From assembly GCF_009914755.1 (NCBI RefSeq), contig NC_060928.1: 64,000 nt of DNA; one strand, 5' to 3'. The translations under genes were made by a program, and so were the position numbers. Under the pieces are notes generated by a model. The model was not told where the DNA came from. It was given only the letters and a program-made list of their open reading frames with translations, and made no database searches. Shown one piece after another: positions 31,150-46,939 of the stretch. Every line of letters begins with the position of its first letter. Within the stretch, counting starts at the first letter, position 1. The stretch comes from the human T2T-CHM13v2.0 reference genome, Homo sapiens.

Positions 31150-34100
31150 CAGGTCATAGCTCGCCACACGGAAGCTCGATTTAAAACACGCTTGGCCGCT
31201 GTTCGCAGCTCAACTCGGGAACGGCCGGAGCGCTTCTGGCCCCTGGACTTCGACGCTCCTCCCGCGCCCCCGGGGCTGGGGAAGGCGCAGTCGTTCCCCG
31301 GATTCCAGGCACGCAGATCCGGCAGGGCCATCGCCGTTCCCTGCTCTTGCCGCAGCCCCGTCAGGCTCCGCGTTTCGGGGCCTCCTGGCCGGGGAGGCTG
31401 CCTGTGGCTGCCCGCGCGCCCCCGGGGCTGTGGCTCCGCCGGCCCCCGCTCCGGCCCCGCGCAGCCCCTCCGAGAACGCAGCCGTCTGGTCCCGAACTCG
31501 CGGCCTCTGCCCGTAGCCGCCGCCAGCGCCTTCGCTGTGGCCGCTCCTCCCCCTCCCCGAGCCCGAGCTGGCCCAGCGGAGAAGGAGGGCGGAGAAGCTG
31601 GAACCCGAACGCGGAGCTGCAGGCGGCAGGTGCGGGAACGGGAGAAGCTATGGCCTCGCCCAGGACGGCTGCTCAGAGCGACACGAGCAACCGCCAGGAG
31701 CTCCGCACGCAGCTGGAAGAACTCAGTAACGTACTCCGCTGTGGGAGACATGGAGGTAATAAAAGTCTGATGTAGAAGTACTCGCAGAGAACCATGCTCC
31801 TTGGTCAATCTCAGATTATTATTATCAGACCTACCCTAATGACGTTAGTCTTCCAAATAAAGTGAGTGACTGAACTGTCAAATCAGCAAGATCAGGATAT
31901 TGAAAGTCCTGCTTTGAATTCTAACGACCAGTTATAAGTAGAAAATGACACTCACCCTGGTACTGATAGGACAGCAAATGTTAAGTGTAGACAAGAGGGT
32001 CATCTGCCTCCAATTCACAGGAGCCAGCATCTGCATTAGCAGCACAAGATACGTCCTTAGAAGGTTCGTCATTAGCTGGAAGTTTGAGAGCTGCAGCGGA
32101 AGCGGCTTTGTCACAGACTGGATTTAGTGATGATGAAAATACTGGACTGTATTTTGACCACAGCACTGGTTTCTATTAAGATTCTGAGAATCAAATATAT
32201 TATGATTTAATTTATTACCACTGTGATGTGGAAAGTTGTCGCTATCGATTTCATTCTCGAGTAGATTTGCAACCTTATCAGACTTATAGCACGAAACAAA
32301 AACGAAAAATTGAGAAAAGAAAGGATTCTTCTACAAAAAAACGATGAGGAAAAGGATTTGAATTCAGAGGATCAAGAAGCCTTCAGTGTTGAACATACAA
32401 GCTGCAACGGGAAAGACAATTTCACAAATGTGAAAAAAAAAAAGCCAAAATAGGCATTCATCACAAAAATAATCCCCAAAATTCACTGTTCCAGTTAGTG
32501 GAAATCCTATGGAATCTCCTTTTAATGAAAACATCTCAATTCATCTTTAAGGATGAGAAAATCACAGAGACTGATAGTGAACCAGAAGAAGGTGAAATTA
32601 CAGACTCTCAGACCGAGGGTAGTTACGATGAAGGCATTACCAGTAAAGGCAATGCAACTGCAAAAGATACTGAGGAGGAAGATGAGGAAAAAGTGTGGCC
32701 TCATATATGAGAGTGATTGTCATTAGATCACCTGTGCTACAGACAGGATCATTCTTCATCATTACTGCTGCAAAACCTGCTACAATTGGAAGAGAAAATG
32801 ATATGGAGCATACTCTTCAAATCCCTGAAGTTGGTGTAAGTTTCATGCAGAAATCTATTTTGACCTTGACTTACAAAGTTATGTCCTTTTGGATCAGACA
32901 GTCAAAATGGAACAATTGTTAATGTAAAATGGATTGTTCAGCTGAAAACTAAATGTGACCCTTATGAACCTGAGCATGGAGATAAAGTGAAAGTTGGAGA
33001 CACTGTGTTATCTTATTACATTCACCCTGGCAGTAATAGCTGTGTTGGATGTGAACCAGGGCAGGTTAGAGCTCACCTTTTCCTTGACAAGAAAGATGAA
33101 TCATTTGTTGGTCCATCATTAACTAAGAAGGAAACGAGTTGGAAAGAAGAAAAGGATTTTAAAAATATACGAGTAAAATATGGTTTACAGAATACAGACT
33201 ACAAAGATGATAAGATACTGGAGAATCAAAAATATAAAGATAGAGCTGGAAAACATAGGGAGCAGATTGGAAGTGAAGGAAATTTCCAAAGAGATGATGC
33301 TCCTGCATCTGTTCATTCTGAAATTACTGATAGCAACAAAGGTCAGAAGATGTTGAAAAAGATGAGTTGAAAACAGGAGAAGGCCTGGGGAAGGATGGTG
33401 GGAGAATAAAAACTCCAGTACAGCTTCAGCCTTGGCAAACACATGCAGGATTGGAGACAGACAAACCATCCTCAATTAAAGAGACTCACCTTCTCCAAAA
33501 CAAGAACAACAACAACTGGGACAAAGCTCAGGAGAGGTTTGCCGAAAACTTTCCAGAAACTAAACTTCCAAAAGATGACCTAGGAACCATTCCTTGGGTA
33601 AAAGGGACTGAGGAGTGAAGGTTAATCACAGAAGAAAACTCAAGCTTTTTTATAAATAGAGTTTGGAAACTCTTATTTTATTGCAGAATGTTTCTCCCCA
33701 AAAAAGTCAGTGGCATGAGAAAGCTGTGTCACAGTTTACCCCTTCCTGATTCAGAAATGTGTAATAAAATGTGGTTTGCAGTTTTTAAAAAACACTTTTT
33801 AAATTAATTATTAGTGACTGAATTAAGTTATACAGTAAGTGAACTAAAGTTCACAGGGCACAGATAAGTTTACCAAACTTTACTATTTTATCTTGTCATT
33901 TACAACATCCATATAAGCAATTAGCCATATAAGCAAAATTCATATAACCACTTAAATGCTCATTTGTCCTTGTCTCCATATATTCATAGTAGTATGCACA
34001 GAAAATACAGCAAAAGAAACATCTAAAATCTATAAAAATAAATCTGACAATATACATTCTTTTTTATGTCCTTCAGGACCTAGATAAAAAATGTTGAGAC

Positions 34101-34525
34101 AACATAAATAGTGATGCATACATTTTCTTATATTTGGAATAGCCTAAATCATATTAAAGAACTAATGAACAGGTGACATGTCACAGAAAATTCGTCTTTT
34201 ATTGTTTTCTTAGGTGAAGAATCTGCATTTGTTGATATATACTGTACATTCAGCATTTGTATTTGGTTTGTTTCATAGCTAATGAAATGTTTATACATGA
34301 AAAAATGAGTACAGTATTGAAATAGTCCATGTGCTGGCATTCATACTTTTTATAAATACCATTGCAGGCAATGAAGTTTTGCCAGAAAAATCTGATTTTG
34401 AGTACAAAAGGAATACTTAGCCAGGACCTCGAGCTCAATATATTTATTGAAAATGTCCTAAATTGCCATAAAACATTATAACATTAAATTACTCATTTCA
34501 ATAAATTATGAATTAAGCAAAAAAT
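31150..34525 (+). pseudogene. AGGF1P1: Processed pseudogene of AGGF1 (OCRE, FHA, G-patch)
   Basis: GC-rich 5' UTR; ATG at ~31650; disrupted peptides VIVIRSPVLQTGSFFIITA (FHA), EITDSNKGQKMLKKMS*KTGEGLGKDGG (G-patch) and TIPWVKGTEE*; long 3' UTR with AATAAA at ~34500; intronless. Confidence 0.92.
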
Positions 34526-35879
34526 ACGAATGATGTCTTTTATGGATCAGGGAAGTGCTAATGAGACAGAATGGCCATTGAAGCCAAAAGGTCTGAATTC
34601 AGGTAGATAATTTTACTCATATTAGTTTTAGGTTAGAGAAAACAATACTTCTGACCATATACTATTTATTGCAGTGGAGTATTTCAAAAATATGTACATA
34701 ATATATAATTAATTTTCTAATGGTATAAAAGTAATCACACTCTACAAATTATTACAATATGGTCTATTGATGAGAGGGGTGTTTCAAATGAAAAAAACTT
34801 GGAATTTCTCATGGTGATAGATGCCATAGAAAATCTATGTAAAATATTTCACTCATATATGCAATTATTGATATTTCTGCTTTTCAGAAAAATAATATAC
34901 TTTAAACACTTAATGCAGACAATTAAAATCACCAAGAAGTTACAAGAATTCACAGAATGCCTAATATAGTTGAAAGGAAATTAAGAAAACCTCCCAGGAC
35001 TGGAAGTAAATAAGGGTAATGATCCAGAGAAGTAATCAACCTAAGAGGCCAGGGCTCCACTCAGATGTGTCTGATTACAAGAATGTCAGGTCCGTGTGGG
35101 TTGTTCCCTTCTGACAAGGCAAATGGAATAAACAAAGAGAAACTGCCTGCAGGCATTGGAATGCGGTGTCTCCCATATGTGAGGATTAAATTATAAATTA
35201 TGTCGCACACAAGGAGATGAGCTACTGGGGTGAAGCATCAGAAGAAATTATATGGCACATAAATCTCAGATATTGAATTTATATTTAAATGTTTAAGTCA
35301 ATATAATGGAAAAACAAGAAACCAAAATAATGTGGAAAGAAACTACGAGCTTGTCAAGCTATCTTTGGAAAAGAGGCAAATGAAAAGTAAAGTATTGAAA
35401 GGGTTGTAAAACAATTTAATGTACAACATACAAATTACATATTAAAATAGGCTGAGCCAAAAAGAGGGCTAGTAAAGTGAAATGCTGATCACAATTAATG
35501 TAGTCATATATGTTATAGAAGGCAAATTAATAGAAAATATAAATATATTTATATATGAAGATTAGATTGAGAAGAAATAAAAAGCATTTAATTGTTTTAC
35601 CAGACTCTAAATAGGAAGGCAACAAAGAATCAGTGACTTGTAAGTTTCAGAAATTGGAAACCAGACATGAAACCTTTAAAAGTTTAGGGTGTAATATATG
35701 AAAAAAAGGTAAATTTAGAAATACTTAGAAGAAATAGTGGTTTGGGTTATTTTGAATACTGCTTAATAAACATGAGAGTGCAGTTGTCTTTTTTGACATG
35801 CTTATTTTGTTTCCTTTTGATATAAACCCAGCAATGAGATTGCTGCATCATATGGTAGTTCTATTTATAATTTCCCCAC

Positions 35880-38360
35880 ATTTCTGTATCCCGAGATCAT
35901 GGTCATTTTCTTGACTATCTATTCTGATCTATTCTGCCTCAGTTTCCCCCTAAGAGATCTTAGGGTCATAATCATATTGGAGGTTGAGGGGCTAGGTCAC
36001 TTTTTCTGGAGCTGTTTCCTGCTGAGTGGGTGTTATTTCTGCCTAGTCTGGGCCCTAAAGTTTCTTCCTGTGTGATCTAACTGGGTGTAAACCATGTAAT
36101 TCGTGGAACCAGTGGGCAAGATGTTGGCAGCCAAATGTTGAAAGCCTTGCAAAACCATCATGCAAACATGGAGTTGCCGTAAGCAAGAGAGCAAGAAATC
36201 AGTTAACATTTTAAACAAAATTGGAACAAAAGTAAAAGCTGAAAGTATAGTAATGGCTGTTACTATTAAAGAGAGTAAGGCAGGTAATAGACATTGCTTT
36301 CATGGTCCCATGGAAGTTCATAGAGATTCAATTTTGTCTGCCTGGGTGATGATATTTTTAATATTTTCTTGGACTAAACCGGGCTGATTGATCTCAAAAA
36401 CAGCATTCTTCTTTTAGATATAAACATGTTCCTCTTTGCCCGGCTGGGAGAAGATCCCAGGCTTTTTGCTTTTGTCGGACTACAGTGGCCATGGAGTCCA
36501 GACATTGTTGAAGTCTATTGAGGCCCTCTGCTGCTTGTTGCAGACCCATTGAGGTTTTCTGAGATAGTTTATACTGGATTCCCAAGGCTCCACCTTATGG
36601 TGACATTTATGCTGCAAAAGTATTTTGCATTAAAATGGTGAAAGCAACAAACGTTTTAAGTATTTTCTATTTTTTGCTAATAAGCAAAATTTTGTGCAGC
36701 TAAGTTGGCAGCAGTCATTCGGTCCATTTATGGACGGTACAGTTGAATGGTGGTCAAAGTTAGAACCTGGAAGCCTTCAGTAAATGCGCTGAAGTTGTCT
36801 GAGGGCCATCAGAGTTGTTGCTTATATTGGATTAGATTATTTATTGAGAGTAGAACAAGCACTCTGATGGTCCTCTCTCCATTTGGGACTTTCTGTAAGG
36901 GGAGAAATTTCTCTGGCCCTGGATGGTGTGAAGTCCCACTGTGAGTAACTGCAGCTGGGCTGGTCTCTATTGTACCTGGCAAAGGCCGATAGAAAGGAGC
37001 ATAAGGAGGAGGTGAAACAAGCTTAGATTCTACAGAAGACTCTGATAGTGTGGGGATGCTGGGGATTCTAAAGGAGGTGTGGACCCCTGAGTGCCCCTGT
37101 CTGGAGCTGGTGTTGGGCTGTGGGGTCTGGGGTCCCTTCCCCTTAATAAGAGATGATCTTCCAATTGTTCTGAGGGGCTTTCTGGCTTACTAGGCTTTAG
37201 CCCACAGGTGCTGCATAGAGCTGGATTTTGTTGTCAGGCCAGAACGGCTTGCACATAGGGTACTTCAGACCATTTTCCCTGATTGCTACAGAAAAGATCT
37301 AGCTGTAGGATGGAGTTAAAGCTCACAGTCTCATTCTCCAGCCATGTTTTGTCAGCTAATCTGTAGGCAGGCTAAATAGTATTACAAAAGAAGATAAGGT
37401 TTTCTTTTTTCTAAGTTCATTTAGCCAAAAGCTGTTCTAATTTTTAGATATACATCCCAGGTGTGTTTCAGTGACAGTAGAGGAAGCGGCTCCCATGGTG
37501 CCGAGAGAATCCTGCAATGACAGAACATTTACTGAAGTCCAGGAGGCTGCGGGCGTCCTCATGAGCCAAGTGAAAACACCAAGGGGTCCAGCGCATCCCC
37601 TCGAAACCCCATTAACTGAAGCTCTAGGAGGTCATAGGCATTTGCCATACACCGTCCTAGCTCCCCCAGCGGTGGACATCTCCAGCCCTACGGAGATGAC
37701 CCCCACTGCGGGCTGGGGGGCAGATGTCTGGCTGACAAGCCTTGCTCTAATTCACTGGTTTGCCATTTGTGATGCCCAGTTACAACACCTGGAATGCTCA
37801 GATGCAATCCCTACGACTTGGCATCTGCTTGACTGTGCATCTTTTGTTCAGCAAAGAAAGCCGGTTGAAGAACAATTTCAAGGAGCTGGGAAATGCATAA
37901 AGCCTGAAGGGACAGGGTTCTCTTAATGTGCTGCTCAAAACAAAACAAAAATTTTGTAAACAGAAAACCTGACCAGAAAATAAATTACAATAGCCACTAG
38001 GTGGCGACCGAGTATTGCTGAACGGACAGCAAACGACAAGCTGAGTCTAAACTGTGGCCAGAAAGATGTGAAACTGAGCGGCAAATAGCCCAAATATGAA
38101 ATGTTGAGGGCAACCCATGTGGTTAGCGTATTTATCGATACTACAGAAGCCGCAGAGAAAAGGAGAGCGGACATATATTCTCTCTCTAAAGAATGCGGGT
38201 GACTTAAAAACGTTTCCCCCAGAACTTTACTGGAACAGCGCTGGAACCAGCAGCGATAGTTAACCAGGTAGTCTGAAACTGCCATAGTATTCACTGCAAG
38301 TAAAGGGAAACTGAAATTAATGAAGCAGACAAACGTCTCCGCAGGTCATGGCACCAGAAA
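35880..38360 (-). mobile_element. Deleted ERV1-class provirus, internal part (gag and env remnants)
   Basis: env TM immunosuppressive-domain-like LDSMATVVRQKQKAWDLLPAGQRGTCLYLKEECCF (36394-36585); gag MA-like start at ~37496; PBS-like tggtgccatgacc (His-like) at ~38356. Confidence 0.8.
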
Positions 38361-38361
38361 T

Positions 38362-38810
38362 GTTGATGGCTGATGTAATACCTTGGTTCTTATCTTCTTA
38401 GTTTAAAAGAATTTAAACAAGAGACACACAGCAAAAGAAGTACAGCATAATTTATTGCAAAAAAAAAGAATATTTTGAAAATTAAGTGCAGAATAGACGG
38501 TACAGTCTGAGAAAGAGATTCCAGGGCAGCCTGCTCATAAAAGTGAGACAGCATTAATTATTGCTGGAGAAACCCTCTTTATGGGAGTTTTGCATGATTA
38601 TTTCATAAGAAGGTGGAAAGAAGTGTTACGGTAAGCATGTTCTGACTGGTCTTCTGGTTATACATGTGCAGTAGCTGTACATATTTGTGCATACATTGCA
38701 TGCCTCACTAGCATCTTAAATCTCCACCCAGGAATGTGTTTTTTACTATAAAAATGAACAAAGGGTCAGCTTGAGGACAGATAAAATCAAAATGCACATG
38801 CTCTGTAGAA
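38362..38810 (-). mobile_element. ERV1-class LTR (MER4-group-like)
   Basis: Adjacent to the PBS; AATAAA on minus at ~38451-38456; subfamily not determined. Confidence 0.6.
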
Positions 38811-39589
38811 TTAAAAGTCCCTACTGAAGATAGCGGGTTTCAAATGACCCCAAGTGCTCCACGTCTTAAAACTTCCTCCGGTAAAGCTGGAACACTATCT
38901 GTTCCTGAGGTATCAGGTCCCATTTGTGGCTCTGAGCCACTGGCAAGCCAGGCCTGACTTGAGATGAGACCAATGATTTCAAGTGTAAAATGCCTAAATA
39001 CTCAGTAGCTTCAGGTTGCATTTTGGAGCTTGTCCACTTAAGTGAGCAGATTTTATGCAACCCAATAATTAACCTTTCTGATGCCTAGACTTTCACATTC
39101 GTGAAAAAGGCGCCATTGAAAGTGACCTTTCCAAGAAGCCACAGCCCTTGTCACCCCTGCAGAGCTCTGAAGCTGCTCACAAGCAGGCCAGGTGGAAGAT
39201 TTCTCTCAAAAACGGTTGAGTGCGTGCTCTGGCTAGAGAAAAAAGAGGGCTGCGGCACAATGGACAGTGTCTTGGACATCAGGAAAGTTCTCACGCAGTT
39301 TAGGAAAGAAGGCAGCACCCTGGGCTGCAGAAGACGTACTCCTCTGGAAAGAACCCTGGGTGCAACTGAAAGAGGAACCTGAGAAGGATAGGGCCAAGCG
39401 GGTGAGGACAACCCGCCCGATTTGGGAAAAGGTAAGGTATCTTTGTAGGGTAATACCCTCCTCAATGCTCAGCCCAGACCTGCCCTCCAGGTGCACCTCT
39501 GTACTCACTCTCCTTGCAAAGAGTCGGCATAGCATCAGAACTCAGCAGTGCTTTGGACACCGGGAAGTCCACACCGCTCTGCCCCTCCC

Positions 39590-40216
39590 TCCAGGGCTAT
39601 GGACCCCGGATCCCGGTACATGCTGGGATTATAGCTCTGAAGCTTACCGACAAACAGGCTGAGAGTAGGTAACGGACTACAGCTCCCAGCATATTAGGTG
39701 GGGCGGGTACCACTCTGCCCCTTCTTCCAGGGCTGCGCCTCGCCCTGGAGCCTGGTGCATGCTGGGATTGTAGTCCTGTAGCCCTTTGACCAAAGGGTTG
39801 GGAGTGTTTATGAGAATGCATCTTCCAACAATCCTAGGGAGGCGCGCACAGCCCTGCCTCTTCCTCCGGTGACGCGCACTTTCCCGGAGCCCGGTGCATG
39901 CTAGGATTGTAGTGCTGCAGCCCTGTGACCAAAGGGCTGGGAGTGTTTATGAGACTGCATCTCCCAGCAAGACCAGCGAGAGGCGCGGAGCCTCGTCCCT
40001 TCCTCCAGTGATTAGCGCACTCTCCCTGAGCCTGGTGCATGCTGGGATTGCAGTGCTGCAGCCCTGTGACCAAAGGGCTGGGAGTGTTTATGAGACTGCA
40101 TCTCCCAGCAAGACCAGCGAGAGGCGCGGAGCCTCGTCCCTTCCTCCAGTGATTAGCGCACTCTCCCTGAGCCTGGTGCATGCTGGGATTGCAGTGCTGC
40201 AGCCCTGTGACCAAAG
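39590..40216. repeat. Tandem repeat, ~4.5 x 139-141 bp, carrying ZNF143/SBS-like motifs
   Basis: ggt(a/g)catgct(g/a)ggatt at 39615, 39754, 39893, 40034 and 40175. Confidence 0.92.
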
Positions 40217-40409
40217 AGCTTTGTTATAGTTATCTGTGAAGTGTTCAACAAACTACTTTACTTCATTATTACTGGAAGCCAGAAGCTCAGTTGTGTTCAC
40301 TTTTTGGATTTTATAACAGTGAGATTGTGTAATATGTATACTTTTACATCTACTTTCTTCTATGCAACATTATATTTATGATATTAATTCATGATATTGC
40401 AGATAGCTA

Positions 40410-41602
40410 TAGTTTATTTTAAAATTATTTTTTACATTGTGGTAAAGTATACATAAAATTAACCATTTTAGCTATTTTAAGTGTGCAGCTCAGAAAAATT
40501 AACTACTTTCACATTGTTTTGCAACTGTCATTACCACTCATAGGGACCTTCTTTCAACTTGCAGAAACAAAACTCTATACCCATTAAATAAGCTCCTTGT
40601 TACTCCCCCTCTAGCTCCTAAGAACTACTCTTCTATTTGGGTTTCTAGAATTTAACTACTCTAAGTATCTCATAAGTGGAATGATTCAGTATTTGTCCTT
40701 TTATGACTGGCTCATGTCACTTTGCACAATGTCCTTAAGGTTCATGCATGACGTACCATGTGTCAGAATTTCCTTATTTTACATAACTGAATAACATTCC
40801 ACTCTATGTATAAATCACATTTTATCTATTAATCATTGATGGTAATTCAAACAACACTTGAGTAATTCAAACACCTTTTTGGTGATGTGAGTAATGCTGC
40901 TATGAACCTAGGTGTATGTATATTATTTTGTGTCTTTGCTTTCATATCTTTTGCTGCATACCCAGATGTGAAATTGCTGGATCGTATGGTGATTTTATGT
41001 GTAAATTTTTTAGTTACTGTGTTGTTATTTTATAGCAGCTGCAGCATTTTACATTTCCACCAACAGTGTACAAGGATTCTAATTGCTCCACGTCCTCACC
41101 AACACTTCGGATTTTCTGTTTTTTTTTTTTCTTTTGGTAGTAGCTATGCTGATGGGTATTAAGTGATATGTCATTTGGGGTTAGATTTGCATTTCACTAA
41201 TGATGAGTTTTGTTGAGTGTCTTTTCATGTGCTTATTAGCTACTTTACATAATTTTTAGAGAAATGTCTGCTTAAGTTTTTGCCAATATTTTAAACAAGT
41301 AGTTTGTTTTATTGTTGCTGAATTGTTCTTTGCATATTCTGGATAGATTCCTATTCGTCTATTTTTCTTTTGTTTCTTGTGTTGTGGGTGTCCTGTTTAA
41401 AAAAAAAAAACTGCCAAATCCAGTGTTATGACGTGTTTCCCCTATATTTTATTCTAAGAATTTTGTAGTTTTAGCTCTTACATTTAGGTATTTGATCCAG
41501 TTAGTTAATTTTTTCTTACAGTATAAGTGAAGGGCACAGGTTCATTCTTTTACATGTGGGTACCTAATTTCCCCAGCACCAGTTGTTGTGAAGACAGTTC
41601 TT
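40410..41602 (-). mobile_element. Old LINE-1 (L1M) 3' portion
   Basis: Reverse L1 3' UTR and ORF2 end (ttacatttccaccaacagtgtacaagg, tttgcatttcactaatga). Confidence 0.85.
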
Positions 41603-41700
41603 GGCTGGGCACGATGGCTCACACCTGTAATCCCAGCACTTTGGGAGGCCGAGGCGGGCGGATCACAAGGTCAGGAGATCAAGACCATCCTGGCTAGCAA
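41603..41700 (+). mobile_element. Truncated Alu left arm
   Basis: ggctgggcacgatggctcac…gagatcaagaccatcctggcta, cut off at ~41700. Confidence 0.88.
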
Positions 41701-42042
41701 GGTGTCCGCTCTGCTCCTGATCCAGCGAGGCATCCATTGCCACTCCCGATCGGGCTGAAGGCTTGCCATTGTTCCTGCACAGCTAAGCGCCTGGGTTCAT
41801 CCTAATCAAGCTGAACACTAGTCACTGGGTTCCACGGTTCTCTTCCGTGACCCACAGCTTCTAATAGAGCTATAACACTCACCGCATGGCTCAAGATTCC
41901 ATTCCTTGGAATCCGTGAGGCCAAGAGCCCCAGGTCAGAGAACAGGAGGCTTGCCACCATCTTGGAAGTGGCCTGCCAAAATTATGGAAGTGGCCCGCCA
42001 CCATCTTGGGCGCTCTGGGAGCAAAGACCACCCCATGGTAAC
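41701..42042 (+). mobile_element. HERV-W LTR17, 3' (U5) part
   Basis: gctgaacactagtcactgggttccacggttctcttccgtgacccac…ccaccatcttgg…ggtaaca. Confidence 0.82.
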
Positions 42043-42344
42043 AGCACCTTAACTGTGTGTCCCCAAGGACCTACAGATCACAGGGCAACAGGGGCTGTGA
42101 GGGAGTTGTCTGGATTTCCCAAGGTGGAGGAGGCGAAAGAGGAGATGGATCCCAAGCTCCTGCACCAGCACCAGCGAGAGACAAAGGCCCCGCCAAACGC
42201 CGGAAGCCACGCCCTCCTCTCTTCTCAAACTGTGCGCCCGATTGGGTGGTTCCCACACCAGCGCCACTGATTGAATAAAACGCCAGGACCCACCCATCCG
42301 CACCCCACCCCGGCCCCTGCCCCACTCACCCTGAGCGTTAGTGC

Positions 42345-44150
<1,806 letters not shown>

Positions 44151-44904
44151 TGGGTGGACAGGCAAACAGGCTCGAATAGTTGGGGTCACATGCGCAGAGT
44201 ATCACAGCTAATTAAGAAGTGAGCTGAGACTTGAAATGCGCATGCTCTTTCCCTTACCAGGATCTGTTGAGTCATGCATCTTAGCAGCTATTTAAGGGTA
44301 GGAAGTAGAACATTTGGACATCTTTTCAACAACTTATTAGGCATTTTCATAATGCAGGAAAGACCCTCATCCCATCCCTGAGCCCCTCTCTCACCACGCT
44401 GCACCTCACTGCTGACCACATTGTGGGGTGGCCATTATCAGGCGGGCCAGAATCAGGCCAGAATAAGGCGGGCAGCGGGGGCTGGGAATAAATAAGCAAG
44501 AATGATGTTGCCCATATTTGCTCATCTTAGAAAGGCTCCACAACCATTCTGTGTGAAGTGATTATTCCAGGGTAATTGTGCCCTGACTGTGCTGCATGTC
44601 AGTCTGACTTGTCTTTCTGAAAATCACTGGATTACTCTCATTAATGGGGGTATTTCTGTTTCTATTTGAAAATGGCCAACTGTCCTCTGCAGGTGTCCTG
44701 ATTTTGTCTGCTAGTTTAGACCCTGAAGGTAGCAGTGAGAAAATGTTTTGGCCACATCAGAATACCTATTCTCAGCTGGAGTAGATATAGAAATTTCTTA
44801 ATAATATCTAACCGTTTTCTCAATAACCATTATATTTAACGGTGATAACTGGAGGGCAGAGAGGGACACAGATGACACAATCTTCGAAGTTTAATTTGGT
44901 TATA

Positions 44905-45343
<439 letters not shown>

Positions 45344-46939
45344 AACAATATGGATGTGAAAAAAATTCAAGCCCGGGAGAAAAGTGAAAGCCCATGGTGG
45401 GGGATGTGGAGAAAGGTGAGTGCGGCTCCAGCAACTCAGTGAAACTTGGTTTTCCATCTTGAAGAATTGCCCATACACACTGAAACCATAGCCTAGCACA
45501 TGCCAGTTATCACACTACACCTGCTGGGATACGACTATGTACCCTTTTTAAAAAAATAAAATCTTTCACCTAAGAGAAGCAGAAGAGAAAAGGAGTGTTT
45601 CACATCTAAAGCCTTCATTTTATGAAACAACAGCCACTTGTCATTTGAGTTGTCCAAAGGCGACTGACAGCACTAATACACTTAATGAATCAACCAGGAG
45701 AAATGGGCCTCTCGGGTGAGGAGGAGGCACAATAGTAACTAAACCAATCCATTCTCAGCTTTACATGGTGCCCGTATCTCAAGAAGTGGTGTTAGCCATG
45801 TGAACCGTTTTCACTGGACAAGGCCAGAAGAAAGAACATTTAGTACAACACAACCATGAGGCTGCAAATCAAACTGGTAGTGGGAGCATGCACAAGGCTT
45901 CAGTGGCTGAGACACTGGTGGCTACCCTTGGGTGTCACTTAAAACTTCAAGGTGAAGGACATTTTTTTTCCAGTTGGCTCAGGGAAACTAATAAACATTA
46001 GAATTGAAATTTGTTTTTCTTTTCAAAATTTCTAAGACATAGAGGACTCTCTAAACACTCCAAAAGACATTCAGATATACATGCAGCTGAGGACCTGCCT
46101 GCTCTGCAGAGGGATGGCTGAGCAGCAGCCACCAGCTGTAATAACTTTAAACTTCTCCTCTCACAGGGACAGGCCACTCCCACACACACTGCTTACTTCA
46201 TAGGCTGTGGCCCTCAGATGCACCTGGGGGACTGCTTTCCTCCCATTTCATTAGCTCTCCAAGACAGTCCATCTCACTCTAAAACCTACACTAGGATGGT
46301 GAGTTGTAGACTCTCCTCCATTCTCCCAGTGCAGTGTGACTTCCAGAGAGTGCTCCCCCATCCTCTTACCTCAACTGATGTGAAAAGGGCCAGTGCCTGG
46401 GCAGTTAGATGTTCAGTGACCTCACAGGTCCAGCATGCCCAGGGCCTGGCCCCACAGCCTGGCACCTCTCCCCTACCTGGCCTTCATGCCAGCCTTTTCT
46501 CTTCTGTCACCAATGTCAAGTGACATTCACCTGTGCCACACTCTTATGAGTGTGGTAAGTGATGGGTGGGTAAACCCCAGCTGAGTGCCTGTGACTCTAC
46601 CCTCTTACCTTTCACTCAAGTGACATTATAAGCATAATTTTACATTTGATTTAATTTATGCATAATCTTTTCTTATAACATTTCTGACAATAGCCCTCAC
46701 AACCAAAGGAGACTGGGTTACAGAACACATGGGCAAGGCTGGAGTAGCAGGTTTCACTTACTTTATTCCAATGTGAAATGAAGATGTGATGGTTTAAAAC
46801 CAAGACAAAGTTGTTTATCAGCTGTGGGGTTGCTACACTTGCTAGCTCATGCTCACTTCCTTTGAAACAAGGAATCTGGAGAGACTATATTCATAAGTAG
46901 CTCTTTGCAAACCCCCAGGCAGAAGCCCCAGTCAGACGC

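Noticed and set aside
42045-42340. Short GC-rich segment with AATAAA between the LTR17 and L1PA
   Set aside because: Could be an exon fragment, but I cannot identify it or support any call.
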